A stretch of 64,000 nucleotides of DNA from Candidatus Saccharimonadales bacterium (GCA_038207115.1 JBBRAC010000002.1:57819-121818), one strand, 5' to 3'. Positions 35,498-45,469 are shown, counted from the stretch's first letter. The notes: a model not told the origin generated them from the letters alone. Made by a program: numbers and translations.

Positions 35498-35570
35498 GAT
35501 GGTTTGTTTTATATGTATTTTGCTACGCTTGTAGTATGGGCCCCTCTAGCGAACATGGCAGTGAGTTTTA

Positions 35571-36149
35571 TCACGTACGCACATGACGCAAAATTGCTAT
35601 AAAGTCGCTGTAATAAGTACGGCACAACCACACTCCCACCAGTAGTAACAGCGGTAAAACCACAAAATTTTCGACCGCTTTGCCGGTTGTTATCCGAAAG
35701 CGACGTAGCGGTGGCAAACCAAATTTATACGGTATAGGCAGCAGCCACGGCACACCTTCTTTGGTAAGTGTATCCATCACCAGGTGTGAAATATAACCGA
35801 CTAGAAAGGCATACCAAATTAAACGGCTGTCGGCATGCGGCATTATAGGGTGTAAAAACATCAGCAAGAGCTTGCTGAGCCAACCAAACAGGGCCAGCCC
35901 TAGCAGCGAATGGCTTACAAACCGGTGGCCACCCAGCAAGCGTCCAAACGCTCGGCCCACAAAATGTCCTTCGGGCAGATTGCGCCATAGCGGCGCGGTA
36001 GGCTGGTCGATATCCGGGGCTATGCCACCCAGCTGGTTGGCCACAAAGGCGATAATCAGCGTGGAAAGCGCCAGCGTATCATGCCCATACGCCAGCAGTA
36101 GCGCGCCAAAAGCCAGCAAAGCGGCAGTATCGTGTGTCCGTGCAGTCAT
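35571..36149 (-). CDS. membrane-bound metal-dependent hydrolase (YdjM/DUF457-like)
   Basis: Multi-TM protein with conserved His/Asp positions (HDT, APDIDQP, SHSLLG, SHLVMD). Start set at ATG 36149; the ORF track has GTG 36182. Confidence 0.5.
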   Translation of the reverse strand: MTARTHDTAALLAFGALLLAYGHDTLALSTLIIAFVANQLGGIAPDIDQPTAPLWRNLPEGHFVGRAFGRLLGGHRFVSHSLLGLALFGWLSKLLLMFLHPIMPHADSRLIWYAFLVGYISHLVMDTLTKEGVPWLLPIPYKFGLPPLRRFRITTGKAVENFVVLPLLLLVGVWLCRTYYSDFIAILRHVRT

Positions 36150-36246
36150 GCTACTAGTATAACGTAAGCGTAGTGCTGCCACGCGGTTCTAGGACTGCAT
36201 ATTCCGAATCACAGCCTCACTACAGTACCAGCTTTTCAGCAGCCGC

Positions 36247-37863
36247 CTAAGGCTCCTGGTGTTCGGTTTGGCCCCACTTTGCTTCCCGCTTGAGGGGCCG
36301 GAGGTACTGCTGCAAAATGGTGGCCTTTTTCTCGCCCAGTAGATGTACCAAATCTTGGTCACGCGCCTGCATAACCCCACGCAAGCTTCCAAACGTGCGG
36401 ATGAGTTTTTTACGAGTCTGCGGGCCGATTGTCGGGATGTCATCAAGCATGCTGGCCGTTTGGTGCTTTACCTTAAGTACGCTGTGGTAGGTAACGGCAA
36501 AACGGTGGCTTTCGTCACGAATGCGCTGCAGCAGTTTGACTGCGTTAGTGTTGTGTGGCAGGTTTACCAGGATAAAATCGTCACTTTCAGTGGCAAAACC
36601 GCCCAGCCGGTGCATGGCCTCAATGTTCAGCGTTACATTACTCCCCCGCGCTGTGGATTCGGCAGGCGAAGTGTCAGATGATACGTTAGCTTCACCGGAA
36701 TTCGACATTCGGGCTTCGGGATTCGGTTTCCTAATAACGATTTGCTCTTCACGCTTGGCCAAACCTATAAACGGCAGCTTTTCGCAACCGGCGGCGTCGC
36801 GCGCCTGTATAGCTGCATCTAGCTGACCTTTGCCGCCGTCTATCAGCACCAGGCTGGGTTTGCCCCAGGCTTTTACATTCTTCTCGCTGAGTCGCCGTGC
36901 AAGCGTTTCGTTCATGTTGTAAAAGTCGTTGTTGTGCTCGAGCTTAGTTTTAAACTTGCGGTACTCGCCCTTGTCGCTTACGCCGTTGGTAAACACCACC
37001 ATACTGGCAACGACGTTTGTGCCCTGCATGTGGGAAATGTCGTAGCCTTCTATGCGGCGTGGGAAGCCCTGAAGCGTCAGCAAATCAACTAATTCACTCA
37101 GGGCGTGGTCTTTCGATATGTCCAAGAATTCTTTGTCGCTAAATATTACCTGTTTACCTAGGTTCTGCAGCGATGTCAGCTGATTGCGCAATTTGGCAGC
37201 CTGCTCAAACTGCTGGGCTTTCGAGGCCCGCTTCATATCGCGCTCGACTTCCTTCAGAATAAACGTGCGTTTGCCTTGGATGACGGCTATGAGTTTACGA
37301 AGGTTTTTGCGATAATCTTCCAGACTGGTTTTGCCTTCTTCCAGGCCCGGATCAAGGCCTAGGTGGTAGTGCAAACTGGCGCGCTTTTGACCCGGAACAC
37401 GGCGCGTGGCAAACGGAAATATGCGCCGCAGTAGCTTCAGCGCCTGGCGGACGCCATAGGTCGAGAAGTACGGACCAAAGTACATTGCACCGTCATCCAG
37501 CGGCCGGCGCGTCGTACCCACTGTAGGAAAATCGCTGTCGTAGTCGATGCGGATGTAGCTCATGGCTTTGTCATCGCGTAGCAAAATGTTGTAGCGCGGC
37601 ATATAGCGGCGAATCATTTCGGCCTCCAGAAACAGGGCTTCGAGCTCGCTTTCCACTATCATCCAGTCGGTGTCGTGAATTTCTTCTACCAACGCTTCTG
37701 TTTTGGGATCGCGGTTTCGAGACGCCTGGAAATACTGCCGAACGCGGTTACGTAGCACGGCCGCTTTGCCGACATAAATAATTTCGCCCGATGCAGACTT
37801 ATGAAAATACACTCCCGGCTCTTTGGGGAGGTCCTGTAGCTTGGACTCGAGTGCTTTGTTCAC
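36247..37863 (-). CDS. uvrC: excinuclease ABC subunit C
   Basis: GIY-YIG N-terminus GVYFHKSASGEIIYVGKAAVLRNRVRQYF. UVR region, endonuclease region and a C-terminal HhH (IPTIGPQTRKKLIRTFGS). Confidence 0.9.
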   Translation of the reverse strand: MNKALESKLQDLPKEPGVYFHKSASGEIIYVGKAAVLRNRVRQYFQASRNRDPKTEALVEEIHDTDWMIVESELEALFLEAEMIRRYMPRYNILLRDDKAMSYIRIDYDSDFPTVGTTRRPLDDGAMYFGPYFSTYGVRQALKLLRRIFPFATRRVPGQKRASLHYHLGLDPGLEEGKTSLEDYRKNLRKLIAVIQGKRTFILKEVERDMKRASKAQQFEQAAKLRNQLTSLQNLGKQVIFSDKEFLDISKDHALSELVDLLTLQGFPRRIEGYDISHMQGTNVVASMVVFTNGVSDKGEYRKFKTKLEHNNDFYNMNETLARRLSEKNVKAWGKPSLVLIDGGKGQLDAAIQARDAAGCEKLPFIGLAKREEQIVIRKPNPEARMSNSGEANVSSDTSPAESTARGSNVTLNIEAMHRLGGFATESDDFILVNLPHNTNAVKLLQRIRDESHRFAVTYHSVLKVKHQTASMLDDIPTIGPQTRKKLIRTFGSLRGVMQARDQDLVHLLGEKKATILQQYLRPLKREAKWGQTEHQEP

Positions 37864-37897
37864 CCCTATAGTATAATCTGTCTAGCTCTGAACTTGG

Positions 37898-38149
37898 TTA
37901 GTTTCGTGATTCGCATGTAGTGCAGGGAAAAGACTTGCCCAAGTTTCCCCTTGGGTAGAGATTGCCCAGTCTACGTCTGCGGATTGCCCCGGCCATCCGC
38001 AGACGAGGCGCCTTTTCGGAATGCTCTGGAATAGTCACCATGCCTGTTTTCGCCAAAATATCCCGGGTACTCTCATGTGGTTCGGCGGTTTTTAAGACCT
38101 CATCAAGCGTCAGAAACGGCGTTGGGGGTAAGGTTGATTTATGAGTCAT
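37898..38149 (-). CDS. hypothetical small protein
   Basis: 83-aa ORF immediately upstream of uvrC. No motif found. Confidence 0.25.
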   Translation of the reverse strand: MTHKSTLPPTPFLTLDEVLKTAEPHESTRDILAKTGMVTIPEHSEKAPRLRMAGAIRRRRLGNLYPRGNLGKSFPCTTCESRN

Positions 38150-38547
38150 CTACCATCGTTTTAGCATATAATTATAAGGCTGGTAAGAACCCGCTGTGAT
38201 ATGACTTGCGATTTTACCTGCTGGAGTCAGCAAAAATGCAATCCGCGCAATATACAGCAAAGTTTTAATAATACAAAAGATATTTGAAGATATTGTAATT
38301 TTGCTTACATTTCCGGTATAATTATTGTTAGCAAAAAGGTTGAGTAAGAATAAATTTCCATAGACTTGCTCGGTAGTCACAGAAATGTTAAAGTAAGCCC
38401 AAGATAAACATCTGTAAAAGAACGAATACCCTCGATTGTTGTTCGATTTCGCTACTGATGCCTCTTCTCTGCCATAACCAGTATCAAAACCGGACAAAAA
38501 TCCGGACTGTTGTTCGCCCTAACTCCGCTAGCCTAGGCACGTACATA

Positions 38548-38671
38548 GTTGTGGGCCGTAGTGTCGACTGACTCTTAGTCGATAGTGCGGCCCACAACCA
38601 CCTACCACCCCAGGTGTGCGTCGAGAAAGGAGCTCGAGCTTCAGGCACACACCTTAACAATTCGTGTTAAG
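38548..38671. promoter_or_regulatory. cluster of inverted repeats at the island's left edge (candidate oriT, parS or operator region)
   Basis: IR1 at 38548-38598: GTTGTGGGCCG...CGGCCCACAAC, with inner TCGACT/AGTCGA. IR2: AGGTGTG (38612-38618) with CACACCT (38648-38654), enclosing the palindrome AGCTCGAGCT (38631-38640). IR3: CTTAACA-ATTCG-TGTTAAG (38653-38671). Confidence 0.5.
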
Positions 38672-38721
38672 CAAACACAACCTCACCGATCCATCCGCGC
38701 AAGCAAGGAAGGGGCACGCGC

Positions 38722-40269
38722 ATGAGCGCCAATCCTCAGCACGACTCAACGCAAGTGGAAGAAGGAGGACGACCCAACTTGGGCCTATTCCTGCCGGATG
38801 CGGAGGAGAACACAGGCGCGACAACACCTGCCCCTGCTCCGACCACCAAACCCACTAGCTCCAGCACACCACCCCCCAAGACCGCCCCCACCACGAGGCC
38901 TCAATCGCCACGCAGGACACGGAGGGACGTCAAGCGTGCCCACAAGGCTGCCGCCAAAGCCGCCAACAGGGCCCGCAATGAGACTACCAAGTCACCCCGA
39001 GTATCTGGTGTGCCGGCCCGCAAGATCATCATCCGTACGATTCTCGTAGTCGTCGGCTTCGGTCTGCTGTACGTCTGGTACAGGCAGGGGGGGGGCACAT
39101 CACGAATCGTCAGCATCGGCCTGGCCGCCGTAATCGTCATCGGTTTGCTCTCGAGCAAGTACCTGGCAAAGCGGCGGGCCAACAAGGGCGACACCTCAGG
39201 GTTCATCGACAGATTGCCCGCATGGGTGACCGCTGGCAAGCCAATCGGCAAGGGACCGCGACGTCTGCTGTGGCTGGTGTACGTCCACTTGGGGCTCTAC
39301 AAGGCCAGGTGGATTCCCCAGCCGCGACCGCACGGTCTTCACCTCCGTCGCATCATTGAGTGGAGGAGATACATCGTCGAACAGCGTCAGCATTCGATGG
39401 CCATCGTCACGGTACACACCACCAAGGGTGGAGCTGCCAAGACGACGGTTTCGACGTGGTTCGCAGCAATCCTGATGTGGATCATCAAGCTGGTCGTCCA
39501 CGTCTTCGACACCGACAACGGTAAAGGCAAGGTCGCCAAACGGTTCGGCATCGAGCCCGACCAGACCATGTCCAGCCAGGAGGTCGTCAGGGAGGTCGTC
39601 CACTACAACTGGGGCCCAACCTACCAGGACCTAGTTCAGCGCGTTCGCGCAGATCTGGACACCGGCGTGATGGTGTTCCACTGCAGGGCCGGCGAGTCCA
39701 TCGAGAGCGGGGACGTCATCGAAACGCTCACCCGCGTCGCAACTACCTGTCACACTCTGGTGGTCGACACCGCACCCGGCTTCGACAGAACCGCCACAGA
39801 TGGTGTGATGCGGCTCGGCACTGTGCACATCTTGACCGGACGCTTCCCCTCCGAGGAGGATATGGACGACATCGGTCAGACCCTCAAGCACGAGCCCTAC
39901 CACCTATCCGAACGGCTCGACCAGGTCATCATCGTGGTCAGTGACGTCAACTGGCTCCACTTCAATACCCGTACCCAGTACGAGTTGGCGGAGATCAACG
40001 GAGTCGACCCTGAGCGCATCGTGCTCATCCCGCACATCCGCCACCTGGCTCGCACGCGAAACGTCATCATCAACGTACTTAGCCCCAAGGCCCTGTACGC
40101 GTGGGTACGTCTCGTACGCGTCCAGACAGCTGTGGCTGTGGCCTACAACCGCAATCACCCCGCTCGGACACTGCCTGGCGAAGTCACCAACACAACCGAA
40201 CAGCACCACCCTGAGCAGCACACGTCTGCCCAGGCAACCTCTGACTGCGATCCCGCAGGAAGGAAGTAG
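38722..40269 (+). CDS. membrane-anchored ParA/MinD-like ATPase with Pro/Lys-rich N-terminal extension
   Basis: Deviant Walker A motif VHTTKGGAAKTTVS and Walker B-like TLVVDTAPG. Two TM segments (IIIRTILVVVGFGLLYVWY, IVSIGLAAVIVIGLL) follow a ~95-aa P/T/K/R-rich tract. Confidence 0.55.
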   Translation: MSANPQHDSTQVEEGGRPNLGLFLPDAEENTGATTPAPAPTTKPTSSSTPPPKTAPTTRPQSPRRTRRDVKRAHKAAAKAANRARNETTKSPRVSGVPARKIIIRTILVVVGFGLLYVWYRQGGGTSRIVSIGLAAVIVIGLLSSKYLAKRRANKGDTSGFIDRLPAWVTAGKPIGKGPRRLLWLVYVHLGLYKARWIPQPRPHGLHLRRIIEWRRYIVEQRQHSMAIVTVHTTKGGAAKTTVSTWFAAILMWIIKLVVHVFDTDNGKGKVAKRFGIEPDQTMSSQEVVREVVHYNWGPTYQDLVQRVRADLDTGVMVFHCRAGESIESGDVIETLTRVATTCHTLVVDTAPGFDRTATDGVMRLGTVHILTGRFPSEEDMDDIGQTLKHEPYHLSERLDQVIIVVSDVNWLHFNTRTQYELAEINGVDPERIVLIPHIRHLARTRNVIINVLSPKALYAWVRLVRVQTAVAVAYNRNHPARTLPGEVTNTTEQHHPEQHTSAQATSDCDPAGRK

Positions 40270-40273
40270 CACC

Positions 40274-40699
40274 ATGCGTACAATCACCCAGCGCGTGCCG
40301 CGTCACCAAAGCCTGCGGGCTCTGCTGACCCTCGCGCTCGAGAAGATTTACCTCACCATCGTGGCGGCGACAGTCGTCGGCTGGATGAGCATGCAGCCGG
40401 CAACGGCCGCACCCACCCCCACGCCAACGCCAACGCTGAATGACATGTTCTCCGGCGGAACCGTAGCGCCAGAGGTCAAGGTGCCAATCCAGAACTCGGT
40501 CGCGACGTTCCTCTACGGAAGCGCAGCCGTCTTTCTGATCATCTTGGTTGCTGGGGTGGCCATGTCCGGCTTCGGAGAGAAGCCCAAGACGGCCAAGAAG
40601 ATGATGCTCGCCGGCGCCGCTGGCATCATCATCACCGCAGGTCCTGCCGTGATCATGCAGCTCATCCAGCACGGCGGCGCCCACCTCGCAGGCACCTGA
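40274..40699 (+). CDS. small two-TM secreted protein, VirB2/TrbC/PrgI-like
   Basis: 141 aa. Signal-like N-terminus ending ...QPATAAPTPTPTP, then two hydrophobic helices (AAVFLIILVAGVAMSGF, MMLAGAAGIIITAGPAVIM). Its position precedes the VirB6-like gene. ATG 40274 was used instead of ORF-track start 39941. Confidence 0.4.
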   Translation: MRTITQRVPRHQSLRALLTLALEKIYLTIVAATVVGWMSMQPATAAPTPTPTPTLNDMFSGGTVAPEVKVPIQNSVATFLYGSAAVFLIILVAGVAMSGFGEKPKTAKKMMLAGAAGIIITAGPAVIMQLIQHGGAHLAGT

Positions 40700-40782
40700 A
40701 CAACCCACCATCCGTAGGGGGCGGTTAGCCACCTCGCCGGCCGTCCCCTACGACCCTCCGCTCTAACACTGAGGAGATACTC

Positions 40783-42144
40783 ATGGATATTTGGGATCTA
40801 CTGAAGAGCCTGTTCAGCGGAGGCTTGTCTATCACGACTCCGCGTGACCTGATGCTGTCGTACATCTACGGCAGCATGGTTGACTCGCCCACCCCCGACA
40901 TCAATGTTCAGCAGTACTACGACTGGCTTTCGATGTTCCGCTGGATTGCCCTAATCCTTCTGGTGGTGGAACTCTGTATCCGCCTCTGGAGGGGTACAAG
41001 TAACGACTCACTGGGCTACGAGATGAAGCAGTACGGGTTCAGCCTCGGTTTCTACGTGGTTGCCCTGCCTTCCATCCCGGCCTTTCTGATGGGTGCACGC
41101 CTTTTCGGCAACGCCCTTGGAAAGTTCTTCCTGACTGGGTTCGTCGGCGGCGACAAGAACGCCTTCATGACCTCTGTTTCGGCCCTAAGCGGCGTCGCAC
41201 CTGTCGATGTCGTGCTAAGCATCATCCAGTTCGTTTTCTTGGTGGTGCTTACCCTGTCGCTGTACGCCATCCCTGTCATGTTCGTCGTAAGCTGCATCCT
41301 CTTCATGGTGGGTGTCAGTACCCGGTGGATGGGCGCCTTCGGCGACAAACTGTTCGGGCTAAGCCTGCTCGTCACGCTGTACGGCGCGCTCGGCAATGGG
41401 ATCATCATGGCCATTCTAGGCGTAGGTGTAGCAGCCGGTAAGCTCGTCTTTCCGGATGACGCCTACGCTCGTGCCAGTGTGAACACGGTGGTCATCATCG
41501 TGGCCGCATCGGTCACTGGGTGGGTCCTCAAGAGCGTCAAAGAAGACGTTAAGGCCATGGTCAAAAACGCTAAGGATGGTTACCAAAACGTCCGCGGCAA
41601 GTTGCACGGCGAAACCCCCCAGTACGAACGCGCAGGCGGCAAGCGACAGGTGGATGAGACCGTAAACGCCAACACGCGCCACGGCTCAAACAACGACGCC
41701 AATGCTGGCAGCTCCGCCAATACTGCGCCTAACAAGGCACAGGGTGACCAAGCTGCATCCCACGAGGCAACACCAGCGGAAACCCCGCGACACTCCTCAA
41801 CAGCAGCCCGTTCGCTGACCCGCAGGCAGTCCGATCAGCCACAACGCGGTCAAGAGCCCAACCCAGACGCTTCCCAAGCGTCTCAACCGGCCTCCGCCAC
41901 ACCTGACCGGAGTACGTCTCGGCAGGAAACTGGGTCACCACGGACGTCAGAGCCTGTGCCACAGGAGAGGCCTTCGGCCCCTCACAGCGCGCAGGCAGCG
42001 TCATCGCCCAGGCCTACCACCACCGGTGGTCAGGCTCACACGTCTGCCATTCGTGAAGAACCATACACCGGATCCCGTCATGGGCTACCGGAAACGGAAT
42101 ACACGACCAAGCAGACCCAGACCGCAGAAAGGAGTCGGGCATGA
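40783..42144 (+). CDS. polytopic membrane protein, VirB6/TrbL-like, with disordered C-terminal tail
   Basis: At least 6 hydrophobic segments in the first ~250 aa. The C-terminal ~180 aa are rich in S/P/T/Q/A/R. Confidence 0.45.
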   Translation: MDIWDLLKSLFSGGLSITTPRDLMLSYIYGSMVDSPTPDINVQQYYDWLSMFRWIALILLVVELCIRLWRGTSNDSLGYEMKQYGFSLGFYVVALPSIPAFLMGARLFGNALGKFFLTGFVGGDKNAFMTSVSALSGVAPVDVVLSIIQFVFLVVLTLSLYAIPVMFVVSCILFMVGVSTRWMGAFGDKLFGLSLLVTLYGALGNGIIMAILGVGVAAGKLVFPDDAYARASVNTVVIIVAASVTGWVLKSVKEDVKAMVKNAKDGYQNVRGKLHGETPQYERAGGKRQVDETVNANTRHGSNNDANAGSSANTAPNKAQGDQAASHEATPAETPRHSSTAARSLTRRQSDQPQRGQEPNPDASQASQPASATPDRSTSRQETGSPRTSEPVPQERPSAPHSAQAASSPRPTTTGGQAHTSAIREEPYTGSRHGLPETEYTTKQTQTAERSRA

Positions 42145-43703
42145 CAACCTACGACCCGGTACATACCGCACCCCGGAAACGGCCCGTCCGATTCCACCCG
42201 TTCAACTTCATTTGTTGGGGATTGGGTGTGGCCATCGGGCTGACGGGTCTGTACCTGACCCAGCAGCTACAGTGGCTACTGGCATTCCCGCTGGGCTTCG
42301 TGGTAGGGCTACCCGTGAAAGACTACGGCTCGCCCCACGCCTGGCTGCTCAGCAAGTGGAGAATCCGACGCGCCTGGAAACGCGCCCATGGAGTGCTCCG
42401 ACGTCCACCGCTCAGCGCGACCGGCAAGAAGGGCACGCCTCTGACAAAGCTGGACCATGTCCGTCTCGTCGAGGCCAACATCCTAGATGGCCCGGCCCTG
42501 ACCAAACTACCGCTCTACACCACCACCAGTGGCGATGACCTCACTGTCCTACTACTGATCTCGGGCGCCAGCCCAGATTGGATTAGCGGCGACGGTAACG
42601 ATAAGTTCGGGTGGGACCTCCGATTCATCGCAGCGATGAAGCACGCCTTCGACGCCACGCGCACTCCCGCTATCAGCTACGCCATGGGACGCATCCAGCG
42701 CCCCTCCAACCGCGAGCCAGGGCTGCTCTACAACAAACGCCGTGGCAACCAGGACATCTTCTGGGCGGCCGCTGAGAACCATGTCCATCCTGAGGACGCA
42801 GCCAAGCAGGCATCAAGTCCCGAGGAGCTTGCCAAGGCCACGATTGGGTCACAAATCCATGACAACTTTGACAAGATTCATGCCATCGCAGGGGGGTCAA
42901 CCCACTATGCCGCTCTCACTCTGCCCTGGCCCACGGGACACTTCGGTCGCAAGGTTGACCTGGCCAATCCAATCGCCTTCCGCAAGTCGGCGCTCTGGAA
43001 AACGCTCTCTAAGGTAGCCGCCAGCTACCGAGCCTGCGGCATCCCAGCCAGACTGCCCTCCACCGCAGAGGCCGAGGACTTCTGGACAACTGCTCTCAGC
43101 CACACCGAACTGCCCACCCAGCAGTTCTACCAACAACTACGAGGAATAGCGGGCGAGGCATCAGAGTCAAACGGCATGCTACGCGTTCCGATGTCGGCTG
43201 CTTGCACCAAGGAGGGAGTCATTCGCATCGGGGGGACATACATGATGGCGGGCTACGCCACCGCGTTCAACAGGAGCAATCTGTACCCCGGCTTCCAGCC
43301 GAACCTGGCCGTTCTCGACAACGACGTGGCATACACGTTTGCGACCTATGTCGATGCCAAACACATCGGTAGCGAGAAGCACCGCGCTCGGGAAGCCGAA
43401 CGTGGCAGGCGCATGTTGCGAGACTTGAGCGGAGGTGCTCTGAACAAGGGCGTCTCTGACCCAGCCCATGAAATGGCGCTGGCTGATGACATCAGCTACC
43501 GCCGGGAACTGGAAGATGCTGGTCAGCGCTCCGGCGATGGCTATTTCCTGTTCACCGTCATGGCGAGAAGTGACGAGGATGTCCTCATCAAGTGGGAAGA
43601 CACCATCACCCAACTCGGTGGGATCTACGAGATCGAACAACTCTATGACCCAGAGGAGGTGTTCGACACCGTCCTCGCACAACTGTGCATCAAGGTCAGG
43701 TAG
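42141..43703 (+). CDS. conjugation-module protein with N-terminal TM hairpin (possible VirB3/VirB4 N-terminal-domain equivalent)
   Basis: 520 aa. Two N-terminal TMs (FNFICWGLGVAIGLTGLYL, LLAFPLGFVVGLPV). The start overlaps the previous stop (ATGA at 42141-42144). No NTP-binding motif. Confidence 0.3.
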   Translation: MTTYDPVHTAPRKRPVRFHPFNFICWGLGVAIGLTGLYLTQQLQWLLAFPLGFVVGLPVKDYGSPHAWLLSKWRIRRAWKRAHGVLRRPPLSATGKKGTPLTKLDHVRLVEANILDGPALTKLPLYTTTSGDDLTVLLLISGASPDWISGDGNDKFGWDLRFIAAMKHAFDATRTPAISYAMGRIQRPSNREPGLLYNKRRGNQDIFWAAAENHVHPEDAAKQASSPEELAKATIGSQIHDNFDKIHAIAGGSTHYAALTLPWPTGHFGRKVDLANPIAFRKSALWKTLSKVAASYRACGIPARLPSTAEAEDFWTTALSHTELPTQQFYQQLRGIAGEASESNGMLRVPMSAACTKEGVIRIGGTYMMAGYATAFNRSNLYPGFQPNLAVLDNDVAYTFATYVDAKHIGSEKHRAREAERGRRMLRDLSGGALNKGVSDPAHEMALADDISYRRELEDAGQRSGDGYFLFTVMARSDEDVLIKWEDTITQLGGIYEIEQLYDPEEVFDTVLAQLCIKVR

Positions 43704-43741
43704 TCCGGTCACGGCTTAACACGAAGTACACGGTGTGTGAA

Positions 43742-43791
43742 GGGGGGCGGTAGCTCAAAAAGCAGTACGCATTTATGCGTAACCGCCCCCC
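43742..43791 (+). terminator. GC-rich hairpin without U-tract
   Basis: GGGGGGCGGT (43742-43751) pairs perfectly with ACCGCCCCCC (43782-43791). It encloses a second hairpin, TACGCAT-TT-ATGCGTA (43766-43781). Confidence 0.45.
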
Positions 43792-43936
43792 TAGCACAAC
43801 CCTTGAGCCAGTTTTCTAAATTTACTTCAGAAAGTATTTAGCAAACTAGCCCAGGGTGTCGTGACAACCTACTTGCACGCATGTACAACCCTGTGAGTTC
43901 CTTAACAACCCAACCCTCCTGAAAGGAGCTACCCAA

Positions 43937-45469
43937 ATGGGTACCCACCTGTTCGACCGGATTGAACCCTTTAAGGGCCCGCTCGACCGGTTCCTCATCC
44001 ACAACTGGCTCCTGACAGCGCCGCTCTTGATGCCAGGCTTCCCACTCGCCATTACCGACGATGCGGACTACGCACCCATTGGTTTTGACCTGACACTGCT
44101 CAAGAGCCTCTTCGCCGACGTCGAGGCAAAGTGGATAGGCGTACTTGGAGAGCAAGGCTTCGGTAAGACCTTCCTGAGCAATGTGTTCCTGATGCTCGCG
44201 ATGGGTGCTGATGTAGGTGGAGGATCGGCACGTTGCGCCATCAACTCGGTCAAGCGCAACCAGATGAACCGACCCGAGACCGCACCGCTGGTCGAAGATT
44301 TGCTGCGCTGCACCATCATCGACCCGCGCAGGATGAAGCTGAACCCTTTGTCCCGCCTCATCGGCCTGACGTTCGACGAGCAGTTTACGCTAGTACGCCG
44401 GATGGTTGAGGTCTCGCAACGGGAAGAGTTCTCCCTGCAGAAGAAGAACGTCCTGAAGCAGGCGCTCAAGGAAGTCAGGGAGCACGAAAGACCCTCATTC
44501 CCCGAACTCAGCCGGATTCTGTCCGACTACGAGCCTCTAGACGAAGACCTGCCCGTGAACCCGCTGGTAGGACCCGACGATGTAGCGCTGCCCGGACTGG
44601 AAGCCAGCGGGCCAAACGGCCGCCAGCCTAAGGCAGGTAGCCTACTCGAACAGTTCCGGGACGAACTGCGCCACGCCGCTTTCGAGCTGAAGCTAGCCAT
44701 CGATGTGTTCAATGAAGGTGACTTCTTCAGCATCTTCAGCGGCGAGAGCGATGAGATTGTCGAGCTGATGAGCCAGCGAGCCGTCTCCTACGACATGAAA
44801 GGCATCGAAGGTGACGTGCGTTCCATCATCGAACTGGTGCTGGGAGCTATCCAGATGTCGGCCATCAGGCCCGACCCAGATGACCCCATCAACCCTAACC
44901 GGCCGAAGCACCCGGAGCGCATCCCACACTACATCGTCACGGACGAAGCCTACACGCCGTGGGAGAACTCCTTCTTCGCCGAGGCCGAATACGTCAAGAT
45001 GAAGACCCAACGCGAGCACGGGATCGTCGGCATGACGATTTTCCACCGCTTGCGTGACCTGCAGGACGCCATCGCCAACCCAGTCGCAGCCAAAAAAGCC
45101 GCGAACTCGCTCAACGAGATCACGGTCTGGTGCATCTTCAGGCAAAAGAGGGCGGAGATTCCAAACATCCGAGCCTTCTTCGGCTTGGCGGAGTACATCC
45201 TGCAAGACTTGGTGCACCTGCCGAAGGGCCACTTCTGGCTCATCGTTCCAGGCCAGGCGCCACGGCGATGCTTCGTTGTCGGTACAGATCTGATGATCAA
45301 TACCTTCAACACCGACGCGGCCAACGACGCGCTCTTGCAGCTTTGGTTCGCAACTCGTGACCCCAAGGTGCTCCAAAAGTACCTGATTGCCACGACCCCA
45401 GAGGTCATCGAAGACGAAGAAGAACAGGGAGCAGGTGTACTCTATGAACGGACGCTTGCGAAGGTCTGA
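43937..45469 (+). CDS. VirB4/TraE-like conjugation ATPase (C-terminal ATPase-domain-sized)
   Basis: Walker A motif VLGEQGFGKTFL and Walker B motif HYIVTDEAYT. SD (GAAAGGAG) upstream. Confidence 0.5.
   Translation: MGTHLFDRIEPFKGPLDRFLIHNWLLTAPLLMPGFPLAITDDADYAPIGFDLTLLKSLFADVEAKWIGVLGEQGFGKTFLSNVFLMLAMGADVGGGSARCAINSVKRNQMNRPETAPLVEDLLRCTIIDPRRMKLNPLSRLIGLTFDEQFTLVRRMVEVSQREEFSLQKKNVLKQALKEVREHERPSFPELSRILSDYEPLDEDLPVNPLVGPDDVALPGLEASGPNGRQPKAGSLLEQFRDELRHAAFELKLAIDVFNEGDFFSIFSGESDEIVELMSQRAVSYDMKGIEGDVRSIIELVLGAIQMSAIRPDPDDPINPNRPKHPERIPHYIVTDEAYTPWENSFFAEAEYVKMKTQREHGIVGMTIFHRLRDLQDAIANPVAAKKAANSLNEITVWCIFRQKRAEIPNIRAFFGLAEYILQDLVHLPKGHFWLIVPGQAPRRCFVVGTDLMINTFNTDAANDALLQLWFATRDPKVLQKYLIATTPEVIEDEEEQGAGVLYERTLAKV

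Noticed and set aside
38150-38497. 115-aa minus-strand ORF in the AT-rich junction left of the island
   Set aside because: It has a TTG start and an Asn/Ile/Phe/Tyr-rich translation typical of random AT-rich sequence, with no signals. I treat it as junction DNA.
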